A DNA stretch of 19,027 bases, from the NCBI GenBank assembly GCA_009859145.1, contig VRVR01000021.1:338617-357643 (forward strand). The letters run 5' to 3'. This document shows positions 8,774 through 16,277 of this stretch, piece by piece. The position numbers were made by a program, and so were the translations under genes. This stretch comes from Andalucia godoyi And28 (taxonomy: Eukaryota > Protista > Jakobida). The notes beneath the pieces were generated by a model. The model saw only the letters and a program-made list of their open reading frames with translations, did no database searches and had not been told where the DNA came from. Each line of letters begins with the position of its first letter. Position 1 is the stretch's first letter.

Positions 8774-8796
8774 GCACATGGTACGAGCACCCAGTT

Positions 8797-9831
8797 TCAG
8801 GAGGCAGAGGATGCGGTCAGTTGCACTGCACTTCCAGTATACTGCGTAAACCCCAATGAGGTCATCATCCTGCCCATGCCGTCAAAGAATCTTGCAATAA
8901 ACTGACGGATCACGGATTCGGGGATCCAATCATCCAAACGCTCGTCACTCAGTGACAGCAGTTGCATTTCTTCTGCAGTGCGCTGCAGCAGATCGAAGAA
9001 TGCCTGCAAGTCAATAGCGAAGGATTCATACACCCGAAGGACCTGGTGCACAGTCTTCACAGTGTCTCGGAATATGAATCGGGTACCTGGATACTCGGGA
9101 AAACTTTTGAGGGGCGTCGAATTTGCAAGAATTAGGTTATGAAACCATTCCACGCATCTCGGCCGGCCTCCGTCTGCTGCTACATCTCTCCAAAGGCACA
9201 CGTTGCCATACGACTGCAGCGCGCTCTGAAAGTCTCGAGAAAATCGAAAGTGCTCCTTAAGGCAGTGGAGCAAGGTTCCGAACGCACTGCAGTGCTGCCG
9301 AGTCACGTATCCGTCTCGACAATCTCTAGACAGCAAGTAAAGAACGCCGACATGTGAAAACGAGATTGGCATGTCCCCAAGAGATTTAAACAAGAGGACG
9401 TCATCCAATGACAGCAATTCCCCAAACACCCGGAACGCACTGTCCGCATCATCGCTGTCTTCGTCGAAGTCCTCGCTAGAATGATCGCTATCATTATCAT
9501 TTTCGTGGTGGTTGCTGTTGTTGTCGTCGTCGTCTGTTGCTGAACGGCCGCCCGAGTCATCCGAAATGCTGGAGTCGCCACCCATTGATGCCACTTCCTC
9601 CCCAAAACACTCTGGAGCATGAAGCAGCGTAGACGATGATCTCGTAGCTACACTGTTGTGCTCGGAAGCGAAGTTATCTGAATCCAGTTGCCGAGGTGCT
9701 GCGGGTGCCAAATCGGAATGCGTCATGGAGACGTCGAGTCGGCTCCGATCCTCCATTCCGAGTCGTGATCTCCGAAGCCGCAACACCCTATCAAACTCGT
9801 TTTCATAATGCGTCGAAATGTAGTTTGTCAT
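8797..9831 (-). CDS. Uncharacterised protein (344 aa from ATG 9831; in-frame upstream ATGs at 9945 and 10005) with an acidic low-complexity N-half and a globular C-half bearing a degenerate EF-hand-like loop
   Basis: Long ORF with coding-like composition; D/S/N-rich tract; helical C-terminal domain containing LYLLSRDCRDGYVTRQH. Start codon uncertain. Confidence 0.8.
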   Translation of the reverse strand: MTNYISTHYENEFDRVLRLRRSRLGMEDRSRLDVSMTHSDLAPAAPRQLDSDNFASEHNSVATRSSSTLLHAPECFGEEVASMGGDSSISDDSGGRSATDDDDNNSNHHENDNDSDHSSEDFDEDSDDADSAFRVFGELLSLDDVLLFKSLGDMPISFSHVGVLYLLSRDCRDGYVTRQHCSAFGTLLHCLKEHFRFSRDFQSALQSYGNVCLWRDVAADGGRPRCVEWFHNLILANSTPLKSFPEYPGTRFIFRDTVKTVHQVLRVYESFAIDLQAFFDLLQRTAEEMQLLSLSDERLDDWIPESVIRQFIARFFDGMGRMMTSLGFTQYTGSAVQLTASSAS

Positions 9832-9855
9832 GTCCTTGAGGTCACGCGAACAATC

Positions 9856-9858
<3 letters not shown>

Positions 9859-9890
<32 letters not shown>
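9859..9890 (+). repeat. (AG)16 microsatellite
   Basis: Read directly from the sequence. Confidence 0.97.
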
Positions 9891-9895
<5 letters not shown>

Positions 9896-10384
9896 GAGAA
9901 ATACTGTACGTTGGTAGCTTCAGGGAGTCGACGGGGGACGACCATTTTCCGAATCTTCCATCCTTTGGGCTGACAACACAGACTGACACCTACTTTTTTT
10001 GTCATTCTGGATTTGCCGAACGTCTGACACGAATCCCAGCTGACTGTTTCGATTCATTTCCAGTAGAGTCGTTCTCTTTCTTTTTGTCTTCTTGTCTCCT
10101 TTTCTCGTTCCCTCTTTGTCTTCTTTTTTTCCTTCTCAACTTCCAGTGTACAATTTCCTTTCCCCACGGTCTCCAGCTTCCTCAAGCAATCTTCTCGTTT
10201 GTTGCAGAGTCTGTCAGTTCTCAGTCCGGGAAACCCCATCACTCTCCTTTTCTTTCTTTTTCCTTTTTCTCTTTTGCCATCCACAAGTCCACCGTCAGAT
10301 ACGTAAGCACACAATTTTAGTGTTTACCAACCAACAAGATCAGGAAGAAGAAAAACACATCATCGTCATCAACAAAAAGAAATC

Positions 10385-11119
10385 ATGGGGTTTTTCGGTA
10401 GCAGCAAGAAGCCGAGTACTTCAAACACGACCTCGAATCAACAATCCACCAATTCAAGCGCAACCATGTTTTCTACTATCGAAACGCTTCAGAAGAGACA
10501 AATGCTTCTTGAAAAGAAGATTGAGCTTGAGCTCGGTCAGGCCAAGGATAAACTCAGCAAGAATGATCAACGAGGTGCCAAGATGTGTCTGCGACGGAAG
10601 AAGACATATGAAGAGCAGCTTGAGCTAATCTATAATCAACAGGCGAAGCTGGAAATGATGCAAATGAAGATCGAAAGCGCGTCTTTAGATGTGGAGGTCT
10701 TTACTGCGCAAAAGGCGGGAGCCTCGCAGATCCAGCGGATCTACGGGGGTCTATCAGCCGAGCAGATTGACCAACAGATTGATCAGGTGAGGGAAACCAT
10801 GGATAACGCGAGGGATATTTCCGATGCGTTGGCCCAGCCTCTAGGAGATGAAATTGACGATGCGGATTTGGATGCGGAATTGGAGGAACTGCAGCAAGAA
10901 GAACTGGACAAGGAAGCCACGAAAGTTAAGAGCGCACAGAAGGCACAGACAAAACAAAAAGCAAAGTCAAGGGAGGATTTGCAATTGGAAAAAGAGCTGG
11001 CGGCTCTCAAGGCTCCGACAGGAAAGGGCAAGGCGCCGGTCCAAGCGGCTGCCGAAGAGGAGGAAGAAGAGGACGACGAAGATGCTGAACTGCGAAAACT
11101 ACAAGCAGAATTGGCGTAG
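10385..11119 (+). CDS. SNF7: ESCRT-III subunit Snf7/Vps32 (CHMP4-like), 244 aa
   Basis: Basic N-terminal helical hairpin (LEKKIELE...AKMCLRRKKTYEEQL), DISDALAQPLG, DDADLDAELEELQQEELD, acidic C-terminus ending DAELRKLQAELA. Confidence 0.9.
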   Translation: MGFFGSSKKPSTSNTTSNQQSTNSSATMFSTIETLQKRQMLLEKKIELELGQAKDKLSKNDQRGAKMCLRRKKTYEEQLELIYNQQAKLEMMQMKIESASLDVEVFTAQKAGASQIQRIYGGLSAEQIDQQIDQVRETMDNARDISDALAQPLGDEIDDADLDAELEELQQEELDKEATKVKSAQKAQTKQKAKSREDLQLEKELAALKAPTGKGKAPVQAAAEEEEEEDDEDAELRKLQAELA

Positions 11120-11885
11120 CACCTTGCAACATCGCCATCATCAACAACAACGACGTGATTTTTCCCGTCAGTCCCTACATTATCCATCAGAAACTGATTC
11201 TCGCTCCGGAATTTTTGGTTGTGAGAAAGAATGGGCAATGAATGTTTCCTCTTCGTTCTTTTTCTTCCTTCCCGCACATACATCAGTAACGTCCATGCCT
11301 CTCAAGAATAAGGGCGCTTCCCATAAAATTGAATTCGGAGAGTTCGAGATGTTCTTCGTTTTTCCGATTTCTTTTCCTTCCGCTATCCATCTAGAAAGCG
11401 GGCTATGCCCAGATGGACAATCTGCTCCAAATGATTATGGTGGGGATGACACGATGAAAAGTGCAGAATGATACTGTTTTCTCCCCCTCCCCAGCAAACC
11501 TTTGTTATTACTATTATAATATATATTTTTTGTCTGTAAATTCTACGAGTCAGTTTTATTATTTAAAAAACATAATTCTTAGATTGCATTCTGCGTCTCT
11601 CTGTCCGTCTGTCTGTCTCTGTCTGTCTGTCCTCACAATTTTTTTTAAAATAAAAAGTGCGACGTGTTGGACTTACTGTACGTGGCATTTCGTGAACGCT
11701 TCCCGAATGCTTCGCTGATATTGACAGTGGGTGTGCATCCTGAATGACACAGCAGAGAAAGTGCAAGTTTCTTCACATTGGCTCTTCATTGACTTGAGTG
11801 AACCCTCTGAAATATACCTGTACTCGTTCTGTGTGCTTCTGCTGCAGCTGTTGTTTCTATTGATTTTTTTTCCTGGGTTCTTTCA

Positions 11886-11962
11886 GTTCTATTCGCTCTA
11901 TTGGTTCTATTCGCTCTATTGGTTCTATTCGCTCTATTGGTTCTATTCGCTCTATTGGTTCT
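11886..11962 (+). repeat. Minisatellite: four perfect copies of GTTCTATTCGCTCTATTG plus a 5-nt partial copy
   Basis: Units at 11886, 11904, 11922 and 11940. Each is a pair of related 9-mers (GTTCTATTC / GCTCTATTG). Confidence 0.97.
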
Positions 11963-11984
11963 TGTTTGGTGTGGGAGACCTAGC

Positions 11985-14546
11985 ATGACACCGAAAATTG
12001 TTTCGTGGTGCAAGTCCTTTGTCCCTATTGATGCCACCCTCTTGTTGAACTACGCACGGAATCACCCGGCCGTTTCCGTCGTTTCCAAGAAAATCGACCG
12101 TCTCACGATACACGACCTCTCGGTAAAGGATTCGAACCGATTTGTCAGTGACGATGCAGCGTATGCCTCGGATCCCGAACTGTGGTACCGAGTAGCCCGT
12201 GGGAACACGATTGTGGAGCACGACTCGGTTCCGAGCATCCCGCGAATAGTCTCTCGCGGAGTCCGCAAGTTCTTTGATTTTCAAAAGGATGATTCTACTG
12301 CTGCTGATGACTGCAGCATTTCGACAGTGGTCTCCACGGAAAAGGCGAACGGAGAGTGCGCTCGCATCTCATATGACACCAGCCTGGATGCTTGGTTCAT
12401 TGGATCCAAGAACGTTACGTTATTCGCGGACTCCCGACAGCATCTTGACAGCATTCCTATGTACAAGACAGACAACCGATTTAACTTTGCGTACCAAATT
12501 GCAAAGGTATTCTTTGATATGCTAGAAGTCAAGTCGCAGCAAGACAGGGAGAAGATCAAAAGGCTGTTTTCACAGCCATACACGGGGGTTGCAGAGTTTA
12601 TTTCATCAAACGAGCACATTGTTTACTATGATCGAGGACTTCGAAACATCTTGCGATTCTTTGCACTTGTTCCGATTGATGGTTCCGAAACGTGCTTGAA
12701 CCCCGCGACCTCCTTTGCATGGCTGCAGGATGCAGGCCTTCCAACTGTTGCGTACCAGTCGCTTGCCGCTGCAGATCTTGAGTGCCATGTGCGGGAGGTG
12801 TTCTTTGCCAATTTTGAACAAGAGGGAGAGGGTCGTGTTCTCTATCTGGTGGATCAAAGCGGAAAGGTGCGTCACATATGCAAGGCAAAAAATCAAACGT
12901 ACTGGATTCTCCGTGCAATTCGCGAGCAGCTCAAACGATCCTTTTCTCCAGAAACCATGTCGCAGAAAATAAGGTCGAAAGTGGCATTCTTGGAGCTTTC
13001 GGACGATCAGGTTACGTACTGGACACGAGTGGCGATCGACTTTGGAATGTTTGTCAAGGCAACGCACGCGAACGTGGGAAACGAATTCTCCTCCACTTGG
13101 AAGCGCTTCCAGACATCGCAGCTGGAATCAGGCTTGCTTGCTGATTCGTCCAGTTCCGCGGCAGCGAAAGGCAACCTTTTTGGGAATTCTGCCGTGGATG
13201 TGAAAGCACCAGACAGGACGTTCGTTATGTTCTCTGGAATACCGGGCTGCGGAAAAGATTCCTTGGCAGTCGAAGTTGCGCAGTCCGCGGGACTTTCGCA
13301 TTCGGTGTGGACCAGGGAGTTGGCATCCCAGGAATCGAAGGATTGCGTCGTTATTTCGCAGGACGCTTTCGGAGACAGACAGCGGTGCATTGATGCGCTG
13401 ATTCGATCATTCCAATCTCCCGGCATCAAGTTCATTTTCCTGACGAGAAACAACTTTTCGCCGAAAGATCGAAGTACGTGGCTGGATATTGGTTTTCGGT
13501 TCACAAAGAACGTGTACGCAATCTTTCCAAACGAACTGTATGACAAATCCAATCCGTTGTTTTCTGTTGTGCTGCTGCTGCGCTCAATTGACCACGTGAT
13601 CCGTCGTGCGAACCATCCTGGCAAACTAGACAGTTCCGAGGATCATGGACGATGCGCATACGTGTCAGCATCCTTTCTGAATAAGACCGAGATTCCGACG
13701 GAGAAGGAATGCATGGGAGTTATCGGCTACGATGCGATGGTGCACAATCAATTGCTGATAGATACTGTCCGATCCCAGGACTCTTCCTTGCAAAGACTGC
13801 TTTCTACTGTCAGGAGCCTGCCTGCGTTTCGGACAGAATCAACATTTGTCGAGTCTAAAGGAGCTTGGATTCCATCGAAGAGCGGACTGGACGGAATTGC
13901 GATGATGAAAGCATTCGTTCTTCCAATGCTGCAGAGTATCCCGTCGTCTTTGGATCGTCCTCTCTCCAGCACTGCTGCTGACGTGTGGTCGCGTCTTCAG
14001 ACTCTGAGACCGGTTCCTTTGTATTTCGGACTATTCCCAAAGAACCATGCAATGCAGATTGCAGCGCTGCAGCAGTTCCTTCTCAATGACTTGAAAATCG
14101 ATCTTCATGGCTTCAACACGAATCCTCTCGAGAATCTGCACGTGACGTTGTTGTATTTAGGAGGTGTCCGACCGTCTGGCGGGTCTCTCGAAGAGAGCAT
14201 TCTTTCTGAGTTATCCTCCCTGCCGGCGACTGACACAGCGATGTGTGTCGCAGTAACGCGCGTGATCTGTTCAAACGAAGTAGTTGTTTGCGAAGTGATG
14301 TGGAACCGATCCATGAATAGGATTCCGTGCGCCAACGCGTATCCACATGTGACGATTGGAGTGCGCGGCAAGTTGAACGGACGACCGACTCAGGCGAAGG
14401 ATGCAAACGAGTTGATACACTGTTTCCATGAGCGCACGACTGTGCATTCATCGGGAGGTCAATTTCATAACATTTTTGCAGTCGAAATTCCGGTCGAGAA
14501 GTCGTTTAAACTCGAATTGACCGTGAAGCCTGTGTTTGCCAAGTAA
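11985..14546 (+). CDS. TRL1: Trifunctional Trl1-type RNA/tRNA ligase (adenylyltransferase/ligase - polynucleotide kinase - 2H cyclic phosphodiesterase), 853 aa from the first ATG
   Basis: Ligase: RGVRKFF, motif I TEKANG (12336-12353), GSKN, TGVAEF...EHIVYY, EGRV, CKAKN, ILRAIRE. Kinase: P-loop GIPGCGKD (13236-13259), SQD, TRNN, RANH. CPD: HVTL (14139-14150) and HVTI (14346-14357). The ORF-track start at 11901 is a TTG inside the repeat. Confidence 0.88.
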   Translation: MTPKIVSWCKSFVPIDATLLLNYARNHPAVSVVSKKIDRLTIHDLSVKDSNRFVSDDAAYASDPELWYRVARGNTIVEHDSVPSIPRIVSRGVRKFFDFQKDDSTAADDCSISTVVSTEKANGECARISYDTSLDAWFIGSKNVTLFADSRQHLDSIPMYKTDNRFNFAYQIAKVFFDMLEVKSQQDREKIKRLFSQPYTGVAEFISSNEHIVYYDRGLRNILRFFALVPIDGSETCLNPATSFAWLQDAGLPTVAYQSLAAADLECHVREVFFANFEQEGEGRVLYLVDQSGKVRHICKAKNQTYWILRAIREQLKRSFSPETMSQKIRSKVAFLELSDDQVTYWTRVAIDFGMFVKATHANVGNEFSSTWKRFQTSQLESGLLADSSSSAAAKGNLFGNSAVDVKAPDRTFVMFSGIPGCGKDSLAVEVAQSAGLSHSVWTRELASQESKDCVVISQDAFGDRQRCIDALIRSFQSPGIKFIFLTRNNFSPKDRSTWLDIGFRFTKNVYAIFPNELYDKSNPLFSVVLLLRSIDHVIRRANHPGKLDSSEDHGRCAYVSASFLNKTEIPTEKECMGVIGYDAMVHNQLLIDTVRSQDSSLQRLLSTVRSLPAFRTESTFVESKGAWIPSKSGLDGIAMMKAFVLPMLQSIPSSLDRPLSSTAADVWSRLQTLRPVPLYFGLFPKNHAMQIAALQQFLLNDLKIDLHGFNTNPLENLHVTLLYLGGVRPSGGSLEESILSELSSLPATDTAMCVAVTRVICSNEVVVCEVMWNRSMNRIPCANAYPHVTIGVRGKLNGRPTQAKDANELIHCFHERTTVHSSGGQFHNIFAVEIPVEKSFKLELTVKPVFAK

Positions 14547-14787
14547 AATGGAAGCCGGTTAGTAAACACCCCCCGTTAGCAACTTCAAATCCCGGTGCTT
14601 CGGAAACGGGTCGCGTGCGGAAAGATGCAGGGCATCTGCGCTTCCTTAGCCACGTCCGACTTTGCGAGCTTTTCTGCGCGAGTTATGAGGTCACATTTAC
14701 TTGAAGAATACGGTGCACATGCACTTGCGCGTGATGGGGGTCTGGCCTGCTCCCCTAAACGATTGATTTATAGGATCGATGGTAGAG

Positions 14788-15603
14788 CTAGTTGTTGGTG
14801 AATTTTGGATCTCGCTTGTCCGAAAACGCAGCCATGCCTTCCTTCTGATCATTTGTAGCAAAGGTGGAATAAAATAGACGACGTTCCAAACGCAATCCTT
14901 CGGCAAGTGTGGTTTCAAATGCAGCGTTCACGCATTCCTTCGCAATGGACACAATTGGCTGCGAGAATGCAGCCATTGTTCCTGCCGTTTTGACAGCCTC
15001 TTCCACGAGGTCTTTCGCTGGAACAATGCGAGAAACAAGACCTGAGCGCTCTGCCTCGGCTGCATCCATGAATCGGCCCGTGAGCACGAGTTCCATGGCT
15101 TTGGACTTCCCAACGGCTCGAGCAAGCCGCTGCGTGCCTCCAATACCCGGAATGGTTCCCAGTTTGATTTCAGGCTGTCCAAATTTTGCATTCTCTCCTG
15201 CAAGAATAAAATCGCACATCATTGCAAGCTCGCATCCTCCACCAAGCGCAAAGCCATTCACAGCAGCAATAACCGGCTTTTGGATCTTTTGCACAATCGC
15301 ATCTGTCTGGCCAAACAATCTGTTTTGGAAGACTTCCATGTAGGATTTCGTCGACATTTCCTTGATGTCAGCACCAGCCGCAAATGCTTTCTCCGAGCCA
15401 GTCAGCACAATCGCTCCCACACTCGCATCATTTTGCAGCACCTGCAATGCATCCACCAGCTCATTCAGCAATGGAGTCGACAATGCATTCAGAGCTTTCG
15501 GACGGTTCAGAGTGATCAGTGCAACCTTGTTCGGCCGAATCTCGACAATGATGTTTTCATAAGTCTTTGCTGCTGAGCGCAACACACCAGAAACACGGAA
15601 CAT
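14788..15603 (-). CDS. ECHS1: Short-chain enoyl-CoA hydratase (crotonase), probably mitochondrial
   Basis: [68 protein letters not shown]. Both catalytic Glu residues present; short Arg/Ser-rich N-terminus ([13 protein letters not shown]). Confidence 0.97.
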   Translation of the reverse strand: MFRVSGVLRSAAKTYENIIVEIRPNKVALITLNRPKALNALSTPLLNELVDALQVLQNDASVGAIVLTGSEKAFAAGADIKEMSTKSYMEVFQNRLFGQTDAIVQKIQKPVIAAVNGFALGGGCELAMMCDFILAGENAKFGQPEIKLGTIPGIGGTQRLARAVGKSKAMELVLTGRFMDAAEAERSGLVSRIVPAKDLVEEAVKTAGTMAAFSQPIVSIAKECVNAAFETTLAEGLRLERRLFYSTFATNDQKEGMAAFSDKRDPKFTNN

Positions 15604-15677
15604 TTATTTCGCCGTTCAATTTGCTTCTCGTTCGTCACCACGCAGGAGAATTGTCGGCGGAAAAAAGTGAGAAAAAT

Positions 15678-15902
15678 TTATATAAAGTAAATGATAATGA
15701 TAATTAAAAAAACCTCGAAGCAGGCATGCTGGGCTTTTTGAGCTGCAACAAAAAGAACAGATACGACAGCCGTGAGAAATTCGTCCAAATTCTGCCTGGG
15801 AACAGCAACAGTACGTCCGTGTGTGCAAAGACGATACGTACGCTCGTCACTGGCGATGCCGATCCCGTCATAAACTGTGTCCAGAGAATTGAAAGATGCC
15901 AT
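15678..15902 (-). CDS. Possible small protein (74 aa, MASFNSLDTVYDGIGIASDERTYRL...)
   Basis: Island of coding-like GC between two AT-rich spacers, with a GTAAGT donor just upstream on the minus strand. Two other frames (15704-15964 minus, 15726-15992 plus) are also open, so the frame is uncertain. Confidence 0.3.
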   Translation of the reverse strand: MASFNSLDTVYDGIGIASDERTYRLCTHGRTVAVPRQNLDEFLTAVVSVLFVAAQKAQHACFEVFLIIIIIYFI

Positions 15903-16277
15903 TCTGCACATAGACAAACGAACTTACTCAGACGGCGGCTTCCCAGGCAGGTTGGGGGCAGCATGTATTTTTTATTTATCTATTTTTTTTAATATTTAAA
16001 TTATCAAACTCCAGAATGCCCTTTTTTTATTAAAAGGATGTCGCACTGCCCTCCTTTCATTCTCGGTTTTGAACGTCATTTGCCATCGGTGCAGACCAGA
16101 CGCAGCCGCGGTAGGATCAGACGAACAGAGAACAAGACGAGGTCAAAAAACACCTGCAACCAATTTCTTTTTCTTTTTCTTTATTTTCTTCCCTTTCGCA
16201 GACTCCTGCTCTTTCTCTGTTGCTTTTCTCTGCATGCAGCGGTTTTTATATGCAGGTTCATCTGACACATTCAATAT

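Noticed and set aside
10385-10411. MGFFGSS start of Snf7 as an N-myristoylation signal (Vps20-like)
   Set aside because: Gly2/Ser6 fit, but Phe at position 3 is disfavoured by N-myristoyltransferase. The FFG tract is adequately explained as the usual Snf7 amphipathic membrane anchor, and the rest of the protein is Vps32-like.
11886-11962. Tandem repeat as a CRISPR array
   Set aside because: The units are directly adjacent with no spacers, there are no cas genes, and the context is eukaryotic.
14547-14787. GC-balanced Trl1-ECHS1 spacer with TTCAAATCCCGG (T-arm-like), TCGGAAACGG (SRP helix-8-like) and a 6-bp hairpin at 14623-14637
   Set aside because: No cloverleaf or A box for a tRNA, and no flanking AGG/AGCAG internal loop or Alu domain for SRP RNA. 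Most simply the 3' UTRs of two convergent genes; an Infernal scan would settle it.
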